Shown: positions 42,979 to 55,600 of the stretch, piece after piece
Layout of the letters: every line of letters starts with the position of its first letter
Position numbering within the stretch: position 1 is the first letter of the stretch
Assembly (NCBI RefSeq): GCF_009914755.1
Contig: NC_060934.1
Source: the human T2T-CHM13v2.0 reference genome, Homo sapiens
Direction: 5' to 3' (one strand)
DNA: 64,000 bases
Notes under the pieces: generated by a model
The model's input: the letters and a program-made list of their open reading frames with translations, nothing else
Database searches by the model: none
What the model was told of the DNA's origin: nothing
Made by a program: the position numbers and the translations under genes

Positions 42979-43959
42979 ACTAGTTTTATTTCATAATGAT
43001 TTACAATCAAGGTATAACTTTTTTTTGCTAAACTAGCAGCTTGGTAATCAAAGTGAAGGAATTTACCATTTGTTTGTCCTTTCTATATTGTCTCTTTAGC
43101 CAGTGTGTTTGTACGTGCTAGAGTACACCTATTAATATATATATCTATCAGTGAACTACTGAAATATCCAGATTAACTAGTGTTAGTAACTGGTAACTGT
43201 TGTTGCCAGACAAACTCCTAGACATGAATCTCCTATTTTGCCTTCTTTACTGACTGGGTCAACTTTTCCATTCCATTGCATCTCAGTCACTTTGTGAGTC
43301 ATTCCAAAATTTCAGTTACCAATACATTAACTTTTGTTTGAAAGGCAAGCTTAGTTATTACATGAAGATATACATGAGATTGAGTTGGAATCTGAAGCAT
43401 AATTTCGAATGTTAGAAAATTTAACATACACAAATAAGTAGGAAACAAAGACCAAAAGAATAGCCTGAACTAAGACTTTGGCCTTAGAGAATGCTAGCAT
43501 ATTTGGGTATTGCCAGATTTTATAAAAATATGAAAAGGAGAGAGCAAAGTTGAAATATTTAGCTGACCTTCAATAAATGTTGGTTGGAGAAATGAATAGA
43601 ACAAGGCATTATAAACTGTCTGATATGGAAATTTTCTTTTCCTTTGGCTGTGGATCACAATAGGGTTTCAGAGCAAATTAGTAAAATTAGTGAAAGAACC
43701 CAGTGTGATTCATCACCAACTTACAGGTTCTCTCCTGATCTTCTTCCCTGCAGTCTGAGAGCATTTGATATGCTGGTAGAAATGATGAATTGGCCTGCAG
43801 GCAAGAATCAGGTGTTTGTGGTAATGCTCAGATTGCTCCTTTTTTCTGAGTGTACCCATTTTGTGGGAAGATAAAAGAGGGACCGTAACAAAAGGGTACA
43901 GACAAGATCTTATCCCACCTGAGATGCCAAATCTGCCAGTTAGGGATCTATGGCTGAGC

Positions 43960-44807
43960 CATTTTTACAATACAACATTCCTGACACCAAACGTGTGGGT
44001 TTTTTCCTTACACCAACCAATTATCCAACTCCCTGGTTGCCAACTTGGTATCATACAATTCAGTTCAGTTCTGACAGTCTACCTGGAATTAGTGTCAGCT
44101 CCCACAAGTTAGAGAGCTCAGTCGCACAACAGATAGCAGTTGCAAGTGTTGGACCTTCCGTACTTCTGACCTACCATCTGTAAACTGGGTTCCCCTGACC
44201 CTCTCCTCAGGTTTGATAACTTGTTAGAATGCTTCACAGAACTCAGAAAGGCTGTTAAACTGGTAATTACAATTGCCGGTTTTCTATAAAGGACACAACT
44301 TAGGAACAGCCAGATGGAAGGAGATGCACAAGGCAAGGTATGGGGATGAGGTACGTGGAGCTTCCATGTCTTCTTTAGGCATGCCACCCTCAGCACCTCT
44401 GTGCACTCACCAACCCATAAACCCATAAATGTAGGTGTTTTATGGAGACTCTATTATGTAGTCATGATTGATTGAATTATTAGCCATTAGTGAGGTGATT
44501 AACTTAATCTCCAACCCCTCTAGCTCTGGAGGTGGGGAGCAGGAGGCAGTCTGAAATTTTTTAGCCCTCTAATCACATAGTTAGTTCCTCTGGCAACCAG
44601 CCCCCTTCTGAAGCTATCTTGGGGCCTCCCAAGAGTCACTTCGTTAGCACAAACTAGATTATGGTTATGAATAATCCCTATCACTCAGGAAGTTCTTTGG
44701 GTTTTAGGAGCTCTGTGCCAGGAGCTGGGGATGAAGATCAAATACGTTTCTTTTTAAGACCCTGGACAAAATGCTGAAAAAAAATTTCTTATATTACAGT
44801 ATCACAA
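43960..44807 (-). mobile_element. MER21-like LTR
   Basis: Characteristic caattcagttctgaca...ctacctgga...ctcacagaactcag...ctctgtgccagga motifs, ends ...atcaca; left boundary approximate. Confidence 0.7.
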
Positions 44808-44879
44808 TTTTGGGAAATTTTGCATATTGGCAACTATTCCTTACGATACGAATTTGGATTATTTCCAGTGGCCAGGATG

Positions 44880-45290
44880 GATTTCAACAACTATTTAAGT
44901 GCCTGCTATGGGGTCGAACAATTTTCTAGATAGTGGTAAGAGACAAGGCCTTTGCTCTCCTGTAGTGCTTAAAATAGGAGACTAGACAGGAGAAGACAAA
45001 TAATTAAACAAGAATAACTTAATGAGGTAACTCTGATATGGGAGGTAGAAGACACTATTGGATCCTAAATGAGATGGGTGATGGACAGGGAAGGCATCAT
45101 GTTAGAAGTGAAGTTTAAGCTGAAACCTGAAGGGTAAGTGGAATTTAGCCAGGGGAAAATAAGGGTAAGAGTCAGAGGAGGGAATAGTATGTGTAACTCT
45201 GGAGGCAGGAGAGAGCAGAATGGCACTAAATAAGTGACAGGAAGTTGGTTTGGTGGAGGGCAACATGGAAGGGGGGTATAGATAGTTAGA
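44880..45290 (-). mobile_element. L2 fragment
   Basis: caacaactatttaagtgcctgctatg...aagctgaaacctgaaggg. Confidence 0.55.
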
Positions 45291-45406
45291 AGTTTAACCT
45301 TCATTTTCAGGTACAGTGAAATGTCCATAGTCTTATTTCTGTTTGTCATCAACTCTCCTTATTCTGAGTCTCCGGAAGGCAGATCAGAGGAAGAAACGCC
45401 ATTTCC

Positions 45407-46290
45407 ATAGTTTTGCCTTTTCCAGAATGTCATATAGTTGGAATCATATAGTATGGAGCCTTTTCAGATTGGCTTTTTTCACTTAGTAATATGCATTTAA
45501 GATTTCTCTGTGTCTTTTCATGACTTGATAGTTCATTTTCTTTTTAGTGAATAATACTCCATTGTCTAGTTGTACCAGTTTGTTTATCCATTCACCTACC
45601 GAAGACATCTTGCCTGCTTCCAAGTTTTGGCAGTTATGAATAAAGCTGCTATAAACATCTTGTGCAGATTTTTGTGTGGACTTTTTTGCCTCCTTTGGGT
45701 AATATCAAGAAGCACAATTGCTGGATGGTAAGAGTATTTTTAATTTTTGTGAGAAACTTCCAAAATAGCTGCCCCATTTTGCATTTCTACCAGCAATGAG
45801 TGAGAGTTCCTGTTGATTCATATCCTGGCCAGCATTTGTTGTTGTCAGTGTTCTGGATTTTGGCCATGCTAACAGGTATAGAGTGGTATCTCATCGTTGT
45901 TTTAATTTGTATTTTCCTGGCAACATACGATGTGGGCCATCTTTTCATATGCTTATTTGCCTAGACTTTATTTTTCAGAGCAGTTTAGGTTCATAGCAAA
46001 ATTGAAGGGAAAAGTACAGTTTCCATATATCCCATCCCCCATCCTCAACACTGCCTCCCCCACCATCAGTATTCCATACCAGACTAGTACTAATTTGTTA
46101 CAATCAGCGAACCTGCATTGACACATTATTATCAACCAAAGTCCATAATTTACTTTAGGGTTCACCCTCAGTAGTATACATTCTATTGGCTTGACAAACA
46201 TGATGTCATGTATCCACAATTACAGTATCACACAGAATAGTTTAACTGCCCTAAAAATCCTGTGTTCTACCCATGTATCCTTTCCTTCTC
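45407..46290 (-). mobile_element. L1MC-type fragments in permuted order
   Basis: Two pieces homologous to 35985-36935 but in swapped order; junction at ~45961. Confidence 0.7.
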
Positions 46291-46667
46291 TGGCTGTTTT
46301 TAATAATTATAAAGTAGAATTTAGTAGAGTAACGATGTTTGTAGCCTGAGAAGACAACTACAGTTTATATTACATGTATTGGTCATAAATATAGGGGGAA
46401 AATCTTCCTCTATAGATGTGACTTTTGGGGACCTACAGGCAACTGCTTGGATTGCCAGTGTTGGGGTTGAGGGTCGGGGAACAGAGTTGGTAAATATTTT
46501 GGGGGGAAAATCAGAAATTAAGAGACATTATGGAAGAGTAACACCAAATTATTTGCTTATTGCTGTTATAGCTTTCCTAATTCTGTTAAGATTGTCCCTA
46601 ATTCCCTCCAGTGAGAAAATAAGAACTTTTTTCTTCCCAGCTTCCCTTTCTCTTTCTCTTTGTCTAG

Positions 46668-47779
46668 AACTTAAACATTTATTATCCCTAGAACTTGTGG
46701 ATTTCTGCAATTTCAGTTAAAATTTCCAAATTTCTCTTAAAAACACTGTATTTAGTGCTTTAAAAAAGTCATGTGGAGGGCAGGGGCTGATAGGTACTTT
46801 GAGCTAGTTAGTAGAATTTCTCTGATGGACATTTCTATCCAATGAAATGTCCTGTGTTATCAGAAAAGTAGAGTTAAGACAGTGAAGTAGTGAGAATGCT
46901 CCTCCAATGGATGATTTATGGCTTGTTTTTTTTTTTTTTTTTTTTCACTTTCATTTTAGGTTCATGGGTACATGTACAGGTTTGCTATGTAGGTAAACTT
47001 ATGTCACGGGGGTTTGTTGTAAGATTATTTTGCCACCTAGGTACTAAAGCTTAATAACCAGTAGTTATTTTTTCTGATCCTTTCCCTCCTTCCCACCCTC
47101 AAGTAGGCCCCAGTGTCTTTTGTTCCTCTCTTTGTGTCCTTGTGTTCTCATCAGCTAGCTCCCACTTACAGGTGAGAATATGTACTTCTCTGTTCCTGTG
47201 TTAGTTTGCTAAGGATAATGGCCTCCCGCTCCATCCATGTTCCTGCAAAGAACATGAGCTTATTCTTTTTTAAGACTGCATAGTATTCCATGGTGTATGT
47301 GTACCACATTTTCTTTATCCAGACTACTGTTGATGGGCATTTAGGTTGATTCCGTGTCTTTGCTCTTGTGAATAGTGTTGCAGTGAACATATTCATGCAT
47401 ATGTCTTTATGATATAATGATTTATATTCCTTTAGGTATATACCCAGTAAAGAAATTGCTAGGTCAAATGGCAGTTCTGTTTTTACCTCTTTGAGGAGTC
47501 ATGTGGCCCTTTTAAAACTTGTTTCAAACCATGTTGAGAACATAAAACCCTGGTCCTACCTTTGTCATTAGTTTTCCATTGGCTACAAATTATAGGTAGC
47601 TTTCTAACTTAAACATTTATTATCCCTAGAACCTGTGGATTTCTGCAATTTCAGTTAAAATTTCCAAATTTCTCTTAAAAACACTGTATTTAGTGCTTAA
47701 AAAAAGTCATGTGGAGGGCAGGGGCTGTTAGGTACTTTGAGCTAGTTAGTAGAATTTCTCTGATGGACATTTCTATCCA
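46668..47779 (+). repeat. 174-bp direct duplication (46668-46841 and 47606-47779)
   Basis: two copies 938 bp apart, 3 mismatches, no indels. Confidence 0.95.
46925..47500 (-). mobile_element. L1PA(old)/L1PB 3' fragment with poly(A) tail
   Basis: T-run then catgtacaggtttgctatgtaggtaaac...; ORF MFTATLFTRAKTRNQPKCPS...WYTYTMEYYA is the L1 ORF2 C-terminus. Confidence 0.85.
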
Positions 47780-48562
47780 GTGAGCTTGTAATTGTTTGAA
47801 TAGCAATAGACAGTTTGGGATTCCTTATTCTGGGATTTCTGGACACACATTAGATATTTGGTGAAGCACTATTTGGTTGCTTGATTTGGGTGGGCCTTTG
47901 AATTGTTAGGAAGTTCCTTAAATTGAGGTTTGTAACCCAGGCTTTAGGAGATCCCTGAACCTTGGAAGCAAAATATTGTTAGTAATTATATGTTTTTCTG
48001 ATAACATAGTGTACATAGTTTTCATCAGAGTTTTAAAGGGTCCCTGACCCAAAATAGATTAAGAACTTTTACCTTAATTTTGTAGTGAACTCCAAGTAGA
48101 AGTTTCTAGGTTGGATATTATAGTATAATTCATTACTTGGATTATTGGTGAGCATATAGAACTTAAACTCTGATCATCTAGCACAACAGCAGTAACCTGA
48201 TTATTTTATAGATTTTCTTGACAAAGCAGTGATGTATGGTATAACCAGAGAGATGTTGCTGGTTAGAGGATGGTTCCATATGGAGGATGATTTCAACTTT
48301 GAGGAAAAATTGTTGTTAATGATAATCAGACTTTTTCCAGCTTCCCAGTGATTATATGTTGTTATTTCTTCAGACCATTGGTATAATAAATATGGTGTTG
48401 TTGCCTCAAAATCTTGTCAAAGTTTATCACCTGTTTAGCCTTTTTAATGAAACCATGCAGTCTTTTCATGGTAGTACTTTTGTTATTTGACATATAATTC
48501 TTCAGGTAAGCTAACATCCAAGAATTATATGCTACAGCTTTTAATTCTGTTTTTGTTTTCAG

Positions 48563-48667
48563 AACTCTTCATCTTGGCTTATACCTATACTGCCTGATAT
48601 GCTCCGACACATTTTTCAGTTCTGTGTTTTGGAAAGCAGCCAGGAAATTCTGGACCTTATTCACAAG
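48563..48667 (+). CDS. BTAF1: BTAF1 exon 15 (105 nt; NSSSWLIPIL...LIHK)
   Basis: ttcag|AACTCT ... CACAAG|gtacac; follows the ~13.7-kb intron 14. Confidence 0.95.
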
Positions 48668-49751
48668 GTACACAGCAAATGTATTTGTGTTCCTTTTCCT
48701 AGTAACTTTTGTAGATTTTTAAAATTTTTCATAATTGCTGTTCTGTTGGTCATTCATATCTCATGGAGATTTGAAAAGTCTGGAGATCTGCATAATGAGA
48801 CAGAGAACTAGGCTTCTTACATGTAGCATGTAATAGTTAAGTTTTGATTGGCCATGCTTCTTCCTCTTATTATGTGACTTACACAGGTGTTTTAAGCACT
48901 TTCTGATAGCCTCAATACAGAAAATGAAATGAGGAAAAGATTGCTTTTCTCTAGCCCTCATCTTGCTGTTTATCAATATGCTTATAGATCCTGCAAAGTA
49001 TCTTTTAGGATCTGTTGGTAATATAGAGTCTAATTATTGTTGAAACTTGTACTTTTTTCCCTACTTAGAGTGATCATATGTGTTAGAATCATTAAAGGAG
49101 GAGCCGTTTGATATATTTAATAGCATTTATGGGGGGAAATGGCACTTTTGTACCTTTATAATCTGTTAAATTACTCTTGAATTGTTGGCCTCTAAAGTGA
49201 CTCCTTGTTAACAACCTTGGATTAACAGTGGTGATCTTGCCATAGGCTAGTCCTAGCCCATTAAATGTTAGGCATCAGGAAAGGTACCTTATCCTTATTA
49301 AGTAAGATCATGAATCAAAACTTATACTGTTTTAAATTTATACTAGGTTATTACCACCTTTGAGTTTAGCAGAGAATATTAGGAGCTATTTTTAAATGTG
49401 TGTTGAATATAGGACTGCATTAATATTGAGTCTTATGATATATGCAAAGGATTTATTTCAGTGACTTACTGAGATTTTGACAATTTTGTATTACTTTTAT
49501 AGGCATGTTTTTTTAAAAAGAGAATTGTGTTCTTTTTTTAAAAAAAAACTTTCCTTTGCATGACTTTTTTTTTAGTGCACAAACCTATTAGAAAACAGTA
49601 CTGTATTTCAAAATAAGCCTCTATATTGAATTTCTAAATTAATCTCTGTGCTATTTCCTACTTAAAAAAACCTCAGTATTCCTAAAGATAAGTGTTAGAG
49701 TTTATTTTTATTAGAAAAAATTCACTTTCATGTCCCCCTTTTACCCTGCAG

Positions 49752-49901
49752 GTTTGGATGGAACTGTTGAGTAAGGCTTCAGTTCAGTATGTGGTAGCAG
49801 CTGCTTGCCCATGGATGGGTGCTTGGCTTTGCTTGATGATGCAGCCTTCTCATTTACCTATCGATTTAAATATGTTGCTAGAAGTAAAAGCTAGAGCCAA
49901 G
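49752..49901 (+). CDS. BTAF1: BTAF1 exon 16 (150 nt; VWMELLSK...KARAK)
   Basis: tgcag|GTTTGG ... GCCAAG|gtaagt. Confidence 0.96.
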
Positions 49902-50191
49902 GTAAGTGTAGAGGGACATAGTGTATTTGTGTGTTCATCATCTAATTATTAATACAGTAACCATATTTTTAAAAATCTGTATTGCCTTAAGTGTGATTTA
50001 ATTAACATAAGTAAGGAGAAACCGTTATTTTATTAGGACCCTGACAAAATGAATAGTAATGTTTATCCATTAAAATTTTGTGAAAAGAACTGTATTTTAC
50101 TGGGATTATTTTAAAAATATCATATTTTTGTTGTTGCCTATTCAGTTTTAATGGTTAATCTTTATTGTTTTTTTTTCCCCTCCCTCTGTAG

Positions 50192-50334
50192 GAAAAAACA
50201 GGTGGTAAGGTGCGCCAAGGCCAAAGCCAGAATAAAGAAGTACTTCAGGAGTATATTGCAGGTGCCGACACCATCATGGAAGACCCAGCCACCAGGGATT
50301 TTGTAGTTATGCGGGCCAGAATGATGGCAGCCAA
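50192..50334 (+). CDS. BTAF1: BTAF1 exon 17 (143 nt; EKTGGKVRQ...RMMAAK)
   Basis: tgtag|GAAAAA ... GCCAA|gtgagt. Confidence 0.96.
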
Positions 50335-50695
50335 GTGAGTGTACATTAAGTGTCAGGTAGTCATACATTTACAAGTCTGGCTTTCAAAGGTTATTTAACC
50401 AACAGAAGATTCCTCTGCTGTCTCCATCAGTCCTTCCTTCCTTCATCACACTAATTATAGCCTAAGGAAAAATTAGAGTAAGCAAATACTTCTAATTATT
50501 TTAAAGCTTTAAAATAGGATTTATATCTTCTTATGAAGACAAGATAGTCATTATACCTTCTGTGGGAAAAGTTATGGCTTCAAAAAGCCAAATTTTGCTT
50601 CAAGTAATTATAGGAAATTGAAAAAATTTCCCGAAGTATGGGGAAACTTTACTTCAAGTAATTTCTTATAGTAACTTCCTTTTTCTCCCTCTTAG

Positions 50696-50870
50696 GTTGT
50701 TAGGAGCACTTTGTTGCTGTATTTGTGATCCAGGTGTAAATGTGGTAACTCAAGAAATTAAACCAGCTGAATCCCTGGGCCAGTTACTACTCTTCCATTT
50801 GAACTCCAAGTCTGCTTTACAGAGGATTAGTGTAGCTTTGGTAATCTGTGAATGGGCTGCTTTACAAAAG
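50696..50870 (+). CDS. BTAF1: BTAF1 exon 18 (175 nt; LLGALCCCIC...AALQK)
   Basis: cttag|GTTGTT ... CAAAAG|gtaaga. Confidence 0.96.
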
Positions 50871-52309
50871 GTAAGATTTTGCCCCAAAAGTAATAAAGAC
50901 AAATTAAGTAAACCAATTTCCATTAGCTGTTAGGATTATTTACAACAGAAAAGTGAAAATTTTCGATGTATAAAAATCCAAGAGTTACAGAAAAGTGTCC
51001 AAATTATATTGAAGATTATTTCTCTCCCATTTACTTTTAACTCTGGACTTTTGTCTTAGAACCCCTACTCATACTTCCAACTACTAGTTATGCTCATACT
51101 TAATATTTGCTGTTGACTGTACAGTCTGTTAAGAAATATCCCTATTAAAAACCGCGTATATGTGAAAGTAGTCCAGAAACTATTGGTCATCCATTCCTCT
51201 ATATGTCACTCAGGTATCACTGAAAACTACAAAGGATGAGGCTTTGAGTATTAGACATCCATCTGTGTGGGTAGTAGCAAAGGCAGAATTTTTGGTCACA
51301 GGAAGAATAACATCTCTGTATTTAAACCAAAATCTTCATGTTTCCAAATAAACCATTCCCTTCCAGCCTCTTTAACCGTTAACTTCTAGGGAGATGTATG
51401 ATTTTGTATAAGACATACTTCTGTAAATCAAAGAAACTTTCTACTGGCTTTGTTTATTCCATTGACTGGAATTCTGGAAATTTAACTGTCTGCACTTGCT
51501 GTGAGAGTTACTTGTTACTGCCTGTTAGCAGTTTGTCAAAGCTGTATCTAAAAGTAATTGAGCCATGCTCCATTGCAGCTGACACCCCTGCTTGGCCTCT
51601 GGAAAGAAGCAAAGCTCATCTGTTTTTAGGCAGGAGTTGGTGTGCTGGAGAGGCAGTGATGCTATGTTTTTGTGCCTCTCAGACTTAGCAGCAAGTGTTG
51701 ACAGTTAGGTTTCTGGACACTCACAGAGCTTCATGGACTTACTCTGTGAAGCCCAGGCTGATAACTGAGATGCCACAGAACCCCTCATGGCTCACCACTG
51801 AGGCCGTTTCCTGTTGGTTTGGGGCAGGCAACAACCAGAGAGAGTGGGAAGGGTTAGTTAAATTTGGGGATAGATAAGTAGCTTTTAAAATTTATATCCA
51901 CTTTTACAGTATGGCATGTGAAGCTTAGGGTTCAACTGTTATCTAATAATGAGTTTTTAAATAACATTTTTAATTAGTGCTTGATAGATTTCTTTTCTGA
52001 TTTTTTTTTTTTTTACCATAATACACTTTAAAATCTGTGATATATATACACGTGTAAACTTTGGATAGGTAGAAAATGAAGTTGTAATAGTTCTGTGTGC
52101 ATGTTCTGTAGTCATTCATGTTAAAATTTTACAATAATTTGGATGTAATACCTTTTTTTCTGTGCAATTAACTGTTGTTTGGAGAAGTAACAGAATATAG
52201 ATTCAGTACAAGTAAGAATTTAGAACTTGGTAGTCTACAAATGACGATTTCTGTATCTATAAAGTTAATGTTCATACAGTTACCCTATTTGTTTTCTGTT
52301 GTATTTTAG

Positions 52310-52513
52310 GAGTGTAAAGCTGTTACCTTAGCTGTGCAGCCGCGTTTACTTGATATCCTTTCAGAACATTTATATTATGACGAAATTGCCGTTCCATTCA
52401 CACGAATGCAGAATGAATGTAAACAACTTATATCATCATTAGCTGATGTACATATTGAAGTTGGTAATCGAGTAAACAACAATGTTTTAACAATAGATCA
52501 AGCTAGTGACTTG
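52310..52513 (+). CDS. BTAF1: BTAF1 exon 19 (204 nt; ECKAVTLAV...QASDL)
   Basis: tttag|GAGTGT ... GACTTG|gtgagt. Confidence 0.96.
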
Positions 52514-52849
52514 GTGAGTAAAGAAATAACTTTCTTAATTAGAGATAGAACATGAAATATAGGTTAGAAATTTGTCATGACATGTTTATCACAAAAACAC
52601 ATTAGTTTGTTGAGTCTGTATGTGGCTTGGTAGCCTGTCATCTCTACCCTTGAGAAAGGTTATTTCATTGTATAGGCTTTTCTTGAAATAAGAGAATAAC
52701 AAAGAATTTTTTTTAAACCAAAATTCTGATAAATCAATGCACCTTTATTAGAAAAAGCTATTATATTTTGTCATTTCAGTTTTGCTTAACACTGCAGAGT
52801 ATAGAAAAAACTGCTTCTACAAGTTCCTGAGTACTTCTTCCTGCTCTCA

Positions 52850-54500
52850 GCCTATAATGAAAATATTCAAACATATAGAAAAAGTGATGAAATTACATAA
52901 CACTCATACTTAACAGCTAGATTTTATAGTTAACATTTTACCTAATTTACTTTATCACATACGTATTCACCTGCCTACCTCTCTATCCAACCATGAATCC
53001 ATCCAGGGCAGTTTTTTTAAATGCGTTTCTAAGTAAGTTTCAGATATCAGTATACTTCAGGATTTTATATAATTAACTAAAATTCAGTATTTGTTTATTT
53101 TTTTTTGCTGTTCTGAGGAAAAATTTATGTGCTAAAGCACACAAATCTTAGGTGGACCATTTGGTGAATTTTGACAGATGCATATGCCTATGAAACCTGA
53201 ACCACTGTCAAGATACAGAACATTATCATCACCACTTCCCAGTAATCTCTGCCTCTCCCTGCCACCGAGTAACCATTATTCTAATTCCCCCCCGAAGATA
53301 CATTACTTTTGCCTGTTCTAGAATTTCATGTAAATGGAATCATACACTGTGCTCTTTGGTGTAAGGATTTTTCTTAGAATGGTATTTTTGAAACTAATCT
53401 GTGTTATATATATATATATCAATAACTTATTTTTTTTATTGCTTGAGTTTTATTTCATTGTATTATTATACCACAACTAGTTTAAGCCATTCTCCCGTTT
53501 ATGGACACTTTGGCTGTTACCACTTTTTGTCTGTTGTGAAAAAAGTCACTATAAACGTTCTTCTGCAAGTCTTTGTGGACATCTGCTTTCATTTTTCTTG
53601 GGTAAATATGTAGGAGTGGAATTGCTAAATCATAAGATAGGTGTAGGTTTAGTTTTAGAAAAAACTACAGACTTTTCCCCAAAGAGATTGTATCATTTTA
53701 CCCTCTGACCATCAGTATGTGAGAGTTCTGGTTACTCCACATCATCAATATTTGATGTGGTCAGTTCTTTTAGTGATTGTCTGATAGTGTTATTGTGGTT
53801 TTAATTTCCATTTCCTTGATGACTAATATGTTGAATACTTTCTAATTTTTTATTGATCATTTGTATATTTTCCTTTCTGAAATATCTTTTCAAAATCTTG
53901 TCTACTTTGAATTAGGTTGTTTGTTTGTTATTGAGTTGTGGGAGTTCTTTATGTATCCTGGATTCCAATCCTTTGTCAAGTAGATGCTTTCTGAATATTT
54001 TCTGGCAGTGAGTGGTTTGCCTTTTGATTCTCTTAATGCTGTCTTTGGATGAGCAGATATTTTAAATTTTGGTGAATTCTAATTTATCAGTTGTTTTCTT
54101 TCATGGCTATTATGTTGTGTGACTTCAGTAATTTTTTTTTTTTTAACTTTCCAAGTGGCAAAGGTATTCACATATGTTTTCTTTTGAAGTTTTGTCATTT
54201 AGTTTTTATGATTTATCATTCATTTGGAATTAATGTTTGTGTATAGTATGAAGTAGAGGTTGAGGTTTGTTTTTCTTACAGATATCTAATTTTTCCAGCA
54301 TTATTTATTGAAAATACTTTCATTTCCCTATTGGATTGTTCTGGCACCTTTGTCAAAAACCAACTGAAGTTATATAAGTATGCTGTGTATCTGGGCCATT
54401 TGTTCAATGTATTTGTCTTTCCTTATGCCAGCATCCATGCTTCATTACAGCAGCTTTGTACTTAGTAAGTGCATGAGATTAGGTGTAGTATATATGAGTT
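52850..54500 (-). mobile_element. Old L1M fragment(s)
   Basis: ttttgcctgttctagaatttcatgtaaatggaatcatac; taggagtggaattgct; ggcacctttgtcaaaaa. Confidence 0.7.
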
Positions 54501-55308
54501 CTTCCTTTTTTGAGTTATAGGATCAGAAATTGAGTCACTTCATTTGTGTTGGTCCCCATGAAAATAGTAATCTTCATTTCTTATCCCCATTTCTAGTTGA
54601 AAAATAATATAGTTGAATTTTTTTGTTCTCACCTGTGGAGAGAAAGCTAAAATTGCTGTTTTTTTCCCCCTGGGTTCTCTTCTTTTATAAAGTTATTTTC
54701 CCGAGTGTTGTTATTCTGTAAGTTTTCCTTTTTGCCTCCTCTCCCTACTTTTTTGCCTGTCTGGAATTAAGTCTCAAATTTTCTTTATAGTCTAGGTTCC
54801 CTGCCTACTATTTCTGGGAACTTTCCTTTTTTAAGCTCATCAAATGGCCCCTTCTTTAAGATTTGCTTATTCAGATCTTTTACTCTTCAGTTGTTTTGAC
54901 TTGGGCTAGAAGATAAGCATAAATATCAGAATCTCTGGGAGAGACTTTTTTTCTTTTTTTTTTCTGTAAGGGACTTTTGAGGGAAGGGCAGTTTTCAAAG
55001 GAGCCACTGCCTTTTGTATCTTCATTGAATCCCTGTTTTCCTGTTACCTGCCAAATATAGACATTTCCCTGCGATCTTTGTCTCTTGCACCATTCTCATG
55101 ATTTAGTTCCTACCCAGGTACTGTGTGCTGTCTACTCTCAGTCTTTCTTACGTTCTTCTTTTAGGCATTTTTACTTAAATATCTCACTGTCACTTCACAC
55201 TGAACACAACAAAAACTGGCTTTTTTTTTTTTTTTTTGACAAAGATACTCTTTTTATTCCAGTCACAAATCTTGTCAGCATTTTCTTTCAGAAAGTCTCA
55301 TGTGTTTA

Positions 55309-55600
55309 GGCCGGGCGCAGTGGCTCACGCCTGTAATCCCAGCACTTTGGGAGGCCGAGGTGGGTGGATCATGAGGTCAGGAGATCAAGACCATCCTGGC
55401 TAACATGGTGAAACCCCATCTCTGTTAAAAATACAAAAAATTAGCCGGGCGTGGTGGTGGGTGCCTGTAGTCCCAGCTACTCGGGAGGCTGAAGCAGGAG
55501 AATGGCGTGAACCCAGGAGGCGGAGCTTGCAGTGAACCAAGATCACGCCACTGCGCTCCAGCCTGGGTGACAGAGTGAGACTTGGTCTCAAAAAAAAAAA
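55309..55600 (+). repeat. AluY
   Basis: gagatcaagaccatcctggctaac, aatggcgtgaaccc; TSD agaaagtctc(a/g)tgt..tta. Confidence 0.9.

Noticed and set aside
46668-47779. Interpreting the 174-bp repeats as LTRs or a giant L1 TSD
   Set aside because: No TG...CA termini, primer-binding site or polypurine tract; copies are not adjacent to the L1 and are far more similar than the L1's apparent age allows
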